A stretch of DNA of 64,000 nt, taken from positions 288,001-352,000 of the forward strand of contig CAXXYE010000004.1 in assembly GCA_963674865.2 (NCBI GenBank), written 5' to 3'. Made by a program: the position numbers and the translations under genes. Below are positions 39,311-47,696 of the stretch, one piece after another; positions within the stretch are counted from its first letter, which is position 1, and the number at the start of each line of letters is the position of its first letter. The notes beneath the pieces are model-generated. The model searched no databases, was not told the DNA's origin, and worked only from the letters and a program-made list of their open reading frames with translations. The DNA is from Candidatus Hydrogenedentota bacterium. Its GTDB lineage: Bacteria; Hydrogenedentota; Hydrogenedentia; Hydrogenedentales; SLHB01.

Positions 39311-40768
39311 TTAGGATGCCTCCTCGTCCAAGAGCATTGGTCCGACGGCGGCGATGCGGAGGGCGGGATACTGCGTGTTTAGCAGAGCGTGATCGCCCGT
39401 ATCCCGGATGCGCTGCCAGGCGAGCGTCATCATCGATTGCACGCGCTCTCTGTAGGCGGGGTCGGCGGCGAGGTTCGTCAGCTCGTAGGGATCCTCTTCG
39501 AGATTGTACAGTTCATCGAAGTCGAAGCCGTTCAAAACGAATTTCCAAGGGCCATCCCAGACAACGCGCTGCGTGAGGGTGAAGCGCGTCCCGAAATACT
39601 CCGCAAAACCCCTTGTGAATTCCGAGTGGTGCGCCGCGGGATCGGCCAGCACGTGTGCGAAGGAGCGCGAATCGGGCACTTGCTCAAATGGCTCGCAACC
39701 TGTCAGTTCGAGAAGCGTGGGGCAGAGTTCATGTGAACCGACTCGCGCCTTGGAGGTGACGCCCCGCGCGACGCCCGGCCCGCGAACGATGAGCGGCACG
39801 TTGTACACCTCTTCCGAGGCCATGTAATTCTTGCAGTAGAGGCCGTGGGCGCCGAGATGCTCTCCGTGGTCGGCGGCGATAATGACAAGCGTGTCTTCGA
39901 GGACGCCGGCCTTCTCGAGGGCATCCACCAGCCGGCCCCACTGCTCATCGATCTCCGTGATGGACGCGTAGTAGCAGGCGGCGGCTTCCCGGTGTTCCTT
40001 GTCCGTGAGATTTGCCCACGTGCGAGCGGACTTCCGGTAGATTCCCGGCCTGCCCGCCAAGTCGTCGTGCACATTAGGAGGCAGTTCGATGGCGGCCGGG
40101 TCGTAGCGGCTAAACGCTTCCTGGCCGGCGATGAAGGGATCATGCGGCTCACGGACGCTGACAAAGCAACACCAGGGGTGGTTCTCGCGCGTGACATCTT
40201 CGAGGAATTCGAGCGCCAGGGAGGTAGTAACGCCCATGCTCCGCTTCTCGGGAGGGCGATTCGTTACGCCATAGAACATGCTCTGGCGGTAGCCTGGACG
40301 GCCTTCGTAGTATTTGGCCATGGAATACTCAGGTTTGGCCGGCTCATCCCCAAGAATGCTGGCCTCCCGCTGCCGGAAAACTTCGCTATGGTGGTTGCAG
40401 TCCACCTGCCAACCGAAATCGCCGAGTTGCTCGCTACGCTCAACGTGCCACTTGCCGAAGTAGCCCGTTTGATATCCCTTCTCACTCAGGCGCTGCGCCC
40501 AGTGCGGCTTGTTGGTGCGCAGGCAGCACTGATCCTCGTCGACGGTGTGAGTCACTGTGAGCACGCCATGATTGTGCGGCAGCAGTCCCGTCATGAGACT
40601 GGCGCGGGCGGGTGAGCACACCGCGTTGGGCGTGTACGCGCAGTCGAAGCGGACGCCTTGAGCGGCGATTCGGTCGATGTTGGGTGTGAGACATGGCGAT
40701 TCAGGACGTAGCGCACGGCCGCGCATCTGATCGGCCATGAGGAACAGGATATTCGGTGGTTTGCTCAT
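39311..40768 (-). CDS. sulfatase
   Basis: Motifs MSKPPNILFLMADQ, CSPARASLMTG, GYFGKWH, PHDP, ADHGE and ELYNLEEDPYELTNL. The true start is ATG 40768, not 41047. Confidence 0.92.
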   Translation of the reverse strand: MSKPPNILFLMADQMRGRALRPESPCLTPNIDRIAAQGVRFDCAYTPNAVCSPARASLMTGLLPHNHGVLTVTHTVDEDQCCLRTNKPHWAQRLSEKGYQTGYFGKWHVERSEQLGDFGWQVDCNHHSEVFRQREASILGDEPAKPEYSMAKYYEGRPGYRQSMFYGVTNRPPEKRSMGVTTSLALEFLEDVTRENHPWCCFVSVREPHDPFIAGQEAFSRYDPAAIELPPNVHDDLAGRPGIYRKSARTWANLTDKEHREAAACYYASITEIDEQWGRLVDALEKAGVLEDTLVIIAADHGEHLGAHGLYCKNYMASEEVYNVPLIVRGPGVARGVTSKARVGSHELCPTLLELTGCEPFEQVPDSRSFAHVLADPAAHHSEFTRGFAEYFGTRFTLTQRVVWDGPWKFVLNGFDFDELYNLEEDPYELTNLAADPAYRERVQSMMTLAWQRIRDTGDHALLNTQYPALRIAAVGPMLLDEEAS

Positions 40769-40778
40769 AGTGGCGCGC

Positions 40779-40807
40779 ATTTTGGCATGGTTCCGCACAG
40801 CGGTCAA
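40779..40807 (-). promoter_or_regulatory. putative sigma-70 promoter of the sulfatase gene
   Basis: Minus strand TTGACC-N17-CAAAAT with a TG extended -10 element. Confidence 0.45.
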
Positions 40808-40936
40808 GGGATAGGGCTTGTCAGCGCGTGGAAGCCGTAAGTCAATCGCGATAAGCCGCTGTCCTTCCCGGCCATATCCGCGGTATGATGCTGCGCCAAG
40901 ACGCGTCGCAGGATCGAAACAATCCCTGGTGAGGTC

Positions 40937-41824
40937 GTGAATTCCTTTGTTCTTACCATAGTGCTTCTTTCTACCGTCATGCATGCGGCGTGGAATCTGC
41001 TCACGCGCCGCACAGGGGCCGAGATCACGTGTCTCTGGCGGATGCAAATCGTGATAGTGCTACTGGGCGCACTCCCCGCGCTTGTCGGCCTGTACGCGTT
41101 CCATTGTATGACTCCGACGGCGTGGCTGTGTCTCGTCGGCTCCGGGGTGAGCTGCGGACTCTACTACGTTGGCTTAGGCCGAGGATACGCGACAGGCGAT
41201 TTCACGACGGTGTATCCGGCGGCACGCGCCCTCCCGGTTCTGCTGGTGGGCGTTTTCGACTTAAGCCGCGGGCGTTGTCCCACGGCTGGGGGCTGGCTGG
41301 GCATGGTGCTGGTTGCGGTGGGATGTCTTCTCGTGCCGCTCCAGTCCATCCGGCGGCTTCGGGCCGCGGATTATCTCAATCGATCCACCCTATGGATCGT
41401 GGTGACGGCGCTCGGGACGGTGGGCTATTCCGCTTTCGACAAAGTCGGAACTGAATCCATCAGCCCCGGCCCCGGGCAAGCAGCCGTCTATGGATACTTC
41501 TTCTATCTTTTCTCTGCCCTGTGCTACGGCCTCCTTGCCGGCGACAGACGGGGCGGCGGCACGGAGGACAAGGACTGCGGCTGGCTTATCCCGGCGGCAG
41601 TGGGCATTCTGTGTTTCATGGCCTACTGGCTGGTGCTCTGGGCGTATCAGATGACGCCCCGCGCCAGCTACGTTGTGGCGCTACGTCAATTCAGCATCGT
41701 AGTCGGCGTTGTATTGAGCTTCCTTCTGTTCCATGAACCGGGCCGGCGCGTCCGCCTGGCGGGTGCCATTCTGATCACCGCGGGTCTGCTCGTGCTGCAT
41801 CTATGGGGGAGTGAGGGTTCATAG
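40937..41824 (+). CDS. EamA/DMT family transporter
   Basis: About 10 TM helices; motifs HAAWN, GDFTTVYPAAR and SYVVALRQFS. Confidence 0.9.
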   Translation: MNSFVLTIVLLSTVMHAAWNLLTRRTGAEITCLWRMQIVIVLLGALPALVGLYAFHCMTPTAWLCLVGSGVSCGLYYVGLGRGYATGDFTTVYPAARALPVLLVGVFDLSRGRCPTAGGWLGMVLVAVGCLLVPLQSIRRLRAADYLNRSTLWIVVTALGTVGYSAFDKVGTESISPGPGQAAVYGYFFYLFSALCYGLLAGDRRGGGTEDKDCGWLIPAAVGILCFMAYWLVLWAYQMTPRASYVVALRQFSIVVGVVLSFLLFHEPGRRVRLAGAILITAGLLVLHLWGSEGS

Positions 41825-41986
41825 GCATGGGATTCAAGGCCCGTGATCTTCTATCGGAAGCCGCCACAGAGGAATGGTTTGACAATCTCAGAGGGGCGGC
41901 CTGGGGGGCTCTCTACCGGGGGAAGGTTACTCCGTCTACGTTATAGGCGTAGGTAACAACCTTGTCCAGGCACTCTGATTTCATGG

Positions 41987-42015
41987 TTGACGACCCGCCT
42001 GTGGTCTTATAGTAT
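41987..42015 (+). promoter_or_regulatory. putative sigma-70 promoter
   Basis: TTGACG-N17-TAGTAT upstream of the oxidoreductase at 42079. Confidence 0.45.
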
Positions 42016-42078
42016 GTTGCGGTTAGTTTTCTTGACAACGATTCAGAAATTCATATTACAAGTCGAAAGGACTAGTAC

Positions 42079-43110
42079 ATGGCGGTGCGTGTAGGTTTCA
42101 TCGGTGCGGGCGGCAACGCCAATTGGCATATGGATTCCCTCAAGAAAGTACCTGAGGCCGAGATCGTGGGCGTTGCGGACATTGCCTTCGATAAGGCCCA
42201 AGCGGCGGCCGAGAAGCATGGGGCCAAGCCCTACGCCAGCCATAAGGCCATGCTGGCGGATCAGGCGCTCGATTGCTGCTACATATCGATCCCGCCCTAC
42301 CAGCACGGCGAACCTGAAATCGATGTTATTCAGAAGGCGCTGCCATTCTTTGTCGAGAAGCCTTTGGCATTGAACGCCGAGCTCTGCGCGGACATTGCCG
42401 AGCGCGTCGAGCGTGCCGGCATCGGCACCTGCGTCGGCTACCAGATCCGCTATCTCGACATCATGGACAAGGCCAAGGAGATGCTGGCCGACGCTTTCAT
42501 CACGACGGCGCAAGGCTACTACGTCTGCGGGGCCATTGGCGGCTGGTATACGCGCATGGCGCTCTCCGGAGGGCAGATTACGGAGCAGGCCACGCATATG
42601 ATTGACCTCATGCGCTTCCTCCTGGGAGATGTGGCCTGGGTGGCCGCGACGAAGCGGCAAGGCGCGGTAGTGGGCGCCGACTCGCTCGATGCGACGGCGT
42701 TGGGGGCGGGGTCGGCCTCATCGGCCGCCGCCGGCTTGGAGTTACACCGATACAACATCTGGGACGCCACCTCCCTGCTCATGCAGTTTGAATCCGGCGT
42801 TCCCGCGAATTTCACCTGTTCCTGCCAGGTCAAGTACCTGTTCGAGGTGCTCTTGGATATCTTCACAACGGATTTCCGCCTCAAGATAGACTTCGACAAG
42901 ATGGAGATCATCCGGAAAGTAGATGGGGAAGTGAAAAGGGAGGTTGTCAAGGCGGACGCCTCGCGAAGCATCGACGGCGTTTTCATCGATGCGGTCCGTA
43001 CCAATGATTTCTCCGCCGTTCGCAGTGACTACGCGGACGCCGTGAAGAGCCTCGAAATCTCCTTTGCTGCTGTTGAGGCCGCGCGGACCTGCGCTCCCGT
43101 CCAGCTCTGA
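42079..43110 (+). CDS. Gfo/Idh/MocA family oxidoreductase (cytoplasmic)
   Basis: Motifs VGFIGAGG, FVEKPL, VGYQIRY and SGGQITEQATHMID. Confidence 0.92.
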   Translation: MAVRVGFIGAGGNANWHMDSLKKVPEAEIVGVADIAFDKAQAAAEKHGAKPYASHKAMLADQALDCCYISIPPYQHGEPEIDVIQKALPFFVEKPLALNAELCADIAERVERAGIGTCVGYQIRYLDIMDKAKEMLADAFITTAQGYYVCGAIGGWYTRMALSGGQITEQATHMIDLMRFLLGDVAWVAATKRQGAVVGADSLDATALGAGSASSAAAGLELHRYNIWDATSLLMQFESGVPANFTCSCQVKYLFEVLLDIFTTDFRLKIDFDKMEIIRKVDGEVKREVVKADASRSIDGVFIDAVRTNDFSAVRSDYADAVKSLEISFAAVEAARTCAPVQL

Positions 43111-43277
43111 CGCCGCTGTGCCATAAGGTATTGTTATGTAATGTTTTCCGGTTTCTTGCAGCGCCTGTTGAGCCGGTCCATGGGCGGTAGGTGCGTGAAA
43201 CAGAGTTCTGGAAAGTCGTGGGCGTCCTGGGCTGTTTTCGGATTGCCCTTGTTTTCCCGTTGGATGTTTTCTCCTGT

Positions 43278-43306
43278 TTGCAATCATTGTTGCGCGCTCG
43301 TAGAAT
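43278..43306 (+). promoter_or_regulatory. putative sigma-70 promoter
   Basis: TTGCAA-N17-TAGAAT, about 30 nt before the ATG at 43338. Confidence 0.55.
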
Positions 43307-43337
43307 GGTGCGAAATATGGAAGTGAGGAGAATAAGT

Positions 43338-43559
43338 ATGAGTACCAGAACCATCGCCGTGATTGTTTTGCTGCTCTTCGTCGGCTGCCTCATGTTGGCC
43401 GTCTTCACGGAACAGGCTAAAGCGGTCCAAGGGGGATATGACCCTATGGCCGACGCCAACAAGAAGGACAAGCCAAAGGCGCACAAGACGGAGCTGTGGA
43501 AGATGGCAGTCGGTTTCGGTTCGATTTTCGTGATGATAGCCGTGATGAAGTGGCTTTGA
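43338..43559 (+). CDS. small hypothetical membrane protein (73 aa)
   Basis: RBS GAGGAG and an upstream promoter motif; two hydrophobic segments separated by a charged linker. Confidence 0.7.
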   Translation: MSTRTIAVIVLLLFVGCLMLAVFTEQAKAVQGGYDPMADANKKDKPKAHKTELWKMAVGFGSIFVMIAVMKWL

Positions 43560-43577
43560 GTTCGCCTTGCTGCTGCT

Positions 43578-44975
43578 TTGAGTGAGCAAGACAATAGGGG
43601 AACGCGGGACATGGCTTTCTGCCGAAATAGCGCCGGGGGAGATGTGGGCCAACGAATCCTTATCCTCGATGACGAGCCCAATATAATTGAGATTCTTAGC
43701 CAGCACCTTGAGGCCGAGGGCTACACATGCGGGAGTACGACGTCCCCGAAAGAGGCACTGGACCTGATTGACAGGGAGTCCTTTGCTCTTCTTATAACCG
43801 ACCTCAAGATGCCGGAGATGCATGGCAACGAGGTCGTGTCGCGCGTCAAGGCAAAACAAGCGGACGTAGCTATCATCGTCGTTACGGCCCTGATGGAAGT
43901 GACCAATGCGGTCGACGCGCTACGCGCAGGCGCCGATGACTACCTCCTGAAGCCTTTCAACCTGGCCGAGATCACGGTTTCCGTGTCTAAGGCGCTTGAG
44001 AAGCGCCGGCTCCTCATCGAGAACCGTGAATACCAGCGCCAGCTTGAGACGCGTGTGCGTGAGGCCACCCAGGACCTAGAGCGTACCAACCGCGAACTCC
44101 GCGAGACGAAAGAGTACCTTGAGAGCCTGTTTCACAGCACGCTCGACGCGATTTTCACGGTTGATCCCGAGGGCCAGGTTAGCTTCGTCAACGAGGGCAC
44201 CGTGCTGCTGCTGGGATATTCACGGGAGGAATGCCTGGGGGCTCCGGCTAGCCGGTTCTATCTTGGCGGTGCGGATGAGGCGCGACACATAGGTCGTTTG
44301 CTTGAAAGCCAGCAATCTCTCAGGAGCTACGAGACGGAATTCAGGCATAAGGACGGCTCGGTAATCCCCGTCAATGTGTCCGTTTCTCAAGTCAAGGGGC
44401 CGAGCGGGGAAATCACTTCGACGTTGATGATCTGCAAGGATATCACGGAGCAGAAGCGCCTCGAGCAACAGCTCAAGGAGATATCCATCAAGGACAGCCT
44501 CACGGGCTTGTTCAATCAGGGCTACTTCTATGACCGGCTCGAGGCCGAGATCGAGCGTGCCCGGCGCCAAAGCCATCCCCTGTCGCTTGTACTTTTCGAT
44601 ATCGATCAGTTCAAGACGTATAACGATTGCCACGGGCATCTCGAAGGCGACAAGGTGCTCATGACGGCCGGGCAGGTCGTCATGGAGTGCACCCGTGAAC
44701 ACGTCGACTTAGGTTTTCGCTACGGGGGCGACGAGTTTACCGTGATCCTTCCTGAGGCGGACGAAGAGCAGGCGCGCAGCATCTCTGAGCGTATTCGAAG
44801 CACCTTCGAGGGGAAGCACTTCGATGGGCTTACCCTGAGTCTCGGATTGATGTCGTATCGACAGGGCTATTCCCTCAGAACGTTCATCCAGTTTGCCGAT
44901 GCCATGATGTACGATGCAAAACGCTCCGGGGGGAATCGTGTATATGTTCACAAACCTGAGACAGAGTTTTCGTAA
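43578..44975 (+). CDS. diguanylate cyclase (REC-PAS-GGDEF)
   Basis: Motifs ILDDE, TDLKMP, a PAS domain, DSLTGLFN, DIDQFKTYND..GHLEGD and RYGGDEF. The exact start is uncertain (could be up to about 65 nt later). Confidence 0.93.
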   Translation: MSEQDNRGTRDMAFCRNSAGGDVGQRILILDDEPNIIEILSQHLEAEGYTCGSTTSPKEALDLIDRESFALLITDLKMPEMHGNEVVSRVKAKQADVAIIVVTALMEVTNAVDALRAGADDYLLKPFNLAEITVSVSKALEKRRLLIENREYQRQLETRVREATQDLERTNRELRETKEYLESLFHSTLDAIFTVDPEGQVSFVNEGTVLLLGYSREECLGAPASRFYLGGADEARHIGRLLESQQSLRSYETEFRHKDGSVIPVNVSVSQVKGPSGEITSTLMICKDITEQKRLEQQLKEISIKDSLTGLFNQGYFYDRLEAEIERARRQSHPLSLVLFDIDQFKTYNDCHGHLEGDKVLMTAGQVVMECTREHVDLGFRYGGDEFTVILPEADEEQARSISERIRSTFEGKHFDGLTLSLGLMSYRQGYSLRTFIQFADAMMYDAKRSGGNRVYVHKPETEFS

Positions 44976-44998
44976 AGAATGAAGGAAGTGAGCGCTGG

Positions 44999-45814
44999 TT
45001 GATGAAATTCGGTATCTGTAACGAGATTTTCAAGGAATGGAATGATATTGAGCGCACCATTGACTACGTGAAGGAGGTGGGCTACGACGGCCTTGAGGTG
45101 GCCCCGTTCACGCTGGCAACCCGTGTCACGGAAATCGACGACGCTACGCGTAAGAAGATTGTCAAGCGCGCCGAAGCGGCTGATTTGGATATTCTCGGCA
45201 TCCATTGGGTGCTCGTGGGGCCCGATGATGTCTACATCAATCACCCCGACAAGGAGGTCCGTGACCGCACGGCCCAGTATCTCATCGACTTGGCGCGGTT
45301 CTGCGGCGACATCGGCGGAAAGGTCATGATCTTCGGCTCGCCCAAGCAGCGCAATGTGCATGAATCGCTCACCTATGAGCAGGCCTTCGACTTCACCGCC
45401 GAGGCGTTTGAGCGCGCCATGCCTGCCTGCGAGGAGCAGGATGTTACTGTCTGCATGGAGCCGTTGACTCACCTTGAGACGAATTTCTGCCAGTCGGCCG
45501 CCGAGACCGTAAAGCTTATCGAGCGGGTGAATCACCCGAAATTCCAGCTCCTGCTTGATACGAAGGCGATGACCTTCGAGGAGGAGGACCGGGCGGCGCT
45601 GATCCGCAAGTACGCGAAGTACCTTGCTCACTATCACGCCAATGACGAGAACATGAACGGCCCGGGCTGGGGGGATGTCGATTTCGCGCCGATTTTCGAG
45701 GCCCTTCAGGAAATAGACTACCAGGGCTATGCATCGGTCGAGGTCTTCAAGTTCGAGCCGGGGCCTGAGGCCATTGCCGCCAAGAGCCTGGAATACATGA
45801 AGCAGTTTGTATAG
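44999..45814 (+). CDS. sugar phosphate isomerase/epimerase (D-tagatose/D-psicose 3-epimerase-like, AP endonuclease 2 fold)
   Basis: Motifs GYDGLEVAPF, FGSPKQR, MEPL..ETNF, HYHAND and SVEVF. Confidence 0.88.
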   Translation: MMKFGICNEIFKEWNDIERTIDYVKEVGYDGLEVAPFTLATRVTEIDDATRKKIVKRAEAADLDILGIHWVLVGPDDVYINHPDKEVRDRTAQYLIDLARFCGDIGGKVMIFGSPKQRNVHESLTYEQAFDFTAEAFERAMPACEEQDVTVCMEPLTHLETNFCQSAAETVKLIERVNHPKFQLLLDTKAMTFEEEDRAALIRKYAKYLAHYHANDENMNGPGWGDVDFAPIFEALQEIDYQGYASVEVFKFEPGPEAIAAKSLEYMKQFV

Positions 45815-45903
45815 CCGTTGCTCCGGGCCTGTATGTGACCTAGGACTCCCCGTCCCACATGAATTGCGTGTAGTCTCGCTGTGCGGCTGTGAGAAAAGCA
45901 GGT

Positions 45904-46905
45904 TTAGTCTGCTGTGATGATTGGTTTGAAGACAACGACGGGGGTGTCTTCAAATGCCTTTTCCAGGCGGGCGAAACCTGCATCATCCTCGTAGGAGCCG
46001 ACAATGGCGCCGCCCGAGCCGGCGAACTTGGCGTGAGCACCGGCCGCACGAGCACGATCAACCATGTCGACATCGAGCGGGTCGATTGCGTAGATTGAGC
46101 GGCGTAGGTCGAAGTTCTTGTCGAGCCACGGCCCAATCTCTTGACCGCGGCCCGCGATGAGTAGATTCCGGGCCTCCTGAGCATACTGGGCGAACTGATT
46201 CATGGCCTCGACCACCTCCGGGTCATTCATCAACCACCGTTCGCGGATGTTGTTGTGGAACACTTCCGAACCCTCGGCGGCGTCTGCTCTGTAGGCGATG
46301 AAGAGGTGCGGCAGCAGGTCGGGGGAAACACGTTCGTAGCGGCCATAGCCGCGGGACTCCATCAAGGTCCGGTCGAAGTCCATAAACACGCAGTCCTCAT
46401 AGACTTGGACGACTCGGTCCTGAAGCCCTGCGGAGATGCCAAGTTCCTTATTCTCGACGCTTAGGATGAGGTTGGGCTGCTCTTCGCGAGGCACAGTGAT
46501 CTCGTAGAAATCCATCAAGCACCTCAAAGTGGCTGTGACGAGCGCGCTCGAGCCGGCAAGTCCGACGCGTCGGGGAATGGTCGAGCGATAGCGAATCGAG
46601 AAGTTCCGGTCGTGAAGGGGCAATCCCTGCTCGTCACAGTAGTCCACGAAGCGGCGAATGGTGGACTTCATGAGGCGGATGCCACCGTAATAGCCTTGGG
46701 CCTTCACGTCTTCCACCAAGTCCCGTATAGAGGCGTATTGGGAGCGATCTTGGAGGCTTGGGACTATCTCCAGTTCCGGATGCTCATAAAGACTGACCTT
46801 GGCTGCGAAATCGCGAATGGCGAAACTGATCGTTTTGCCGAAATAGCCATCCGACGGGTTTCCAATCAAACCGGCCCGGGCATAGGCCACCGCCTCGTAC
46901 GCCAT
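45904..46905 (-). CDS. GHMP kinase, glucuronokinase-like
   Basis: Motifs ARAGLIGNPSDGYFGKTIS, GYYGGIRL, IPRRVGLAGSSA, ELGISAGLQDRVVQVY and AKFAGSGGA. Confidence 0.88.
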   Translation of the reverse strand: MAYEAVAYARAGLIGNPSDGYFGKTISFAIRDFAAKVSLYEHPELEIVPSLQDRSQYASIRDLVEDVKAQGYYGGIRLMKSTIRRFVDYCDEQGLPLHDRNFSIRYRSTIPRRVGLAGSSALVTATLRCLMDFYEITVPREEQPNLILSVENKELGISAGLQDRVVQVYEDCVFMDFDRTLMESRGYGRYERVSPDLLPHLFIAYRADAAEGSEVFHNNIRERWLMNDPEVVEAMNQFAQYAQEARNLLIAGRGQEIGPWLDKNFDLRRSIYAIDPLDVDMVDRARAAGAHAKFAGSGGAIVGSYEDDAGFARLEKAFEDTPVVVFKPIITAD

Positions 46906-46942
46906 GATTTTCCCCTTTCCACTTCATCCGGGACAGTTGTCA

Positions 46943-46971
46943 AGAATACCGAACAAGGGACGGCGCGTCAA
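46943..46971 (-). promoter_or_regulatory. putative sigma-70 promoter of the GHMP kinase gene
   Basis: Minus strand TTGACG-N17-TATTCT. Confidence 0.5.
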
Positions 46972-47696
46972 ACTGTTGGGCGAGTTGGTGTTGTCATGGT
47001 TGGTACTGTGCATGGTCTAAGTTATTGTCAGGAAGGGCGTTGGCGGTGGGCAAGCTTCGCCGCTTTGAGTGAGGACTTCTGAGGGCAAGATGCTTCCGCA
47101 GGACACTCATAGCGCCGTGCCCGGCTGTTGCTGAAGTGGGGTCTCCTTAGCGTTCGACTTGTTGGACCTTCGCACATGAAGTGTGCAATAATGAGTTTGC
47201 TTGGGCGGGGCGTCTGAGGCCATCAGGCGTTTCTCGCGTGGAAGCAACTGAGCCTTAGAGAGCGTGCCGGAAGGGCAACTTGAAGGTATGTCTCGGCTCT
47301 TAGCGCTAAGGGGCAGAGCAAAGGCGGGGCATAGGTCTTACGGACCGGCCATCAGTTGCGTGACAGACTGATTGCTGACAGGCTACAAGGGCGCTGTCCT
47401 TACCGGTTTCATGACTCCAGGTGTTCGCAACTGGTTGTAGTATAGTATCTTGTGGACTCTGGCTCGGTACTTGGCTTCTGGTGAGACCGCCAGGAACATT
47501 TGGGCACGGCAGGTAGGGGAAGTCAAGTATATATCGGGACAGCGGGCGATTTAGGGGCGAATGGAATCGATCTTGAGACGAATATGGCTCAAATCGCCGC
47601 GAACAAACCGAAGCCCGAGGAGGAACGGGGCCAACTGAGCGGCAGTGCAGCCCATTGGGAAACAGCGAGAGCGAGATATCGCGAAAGGAGGAGACT

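Noticed and set aside
40769..41047. N-terminal extensions given by the ORF track (also for the ORFs starting at 3423, 4766, 12014, 35673, 51319, 55710 and 56258)
   Set aside because: They overlap neighbouring genes or promoters; downstream starts with an RBS or stop/start overlaps fit the protein families better.
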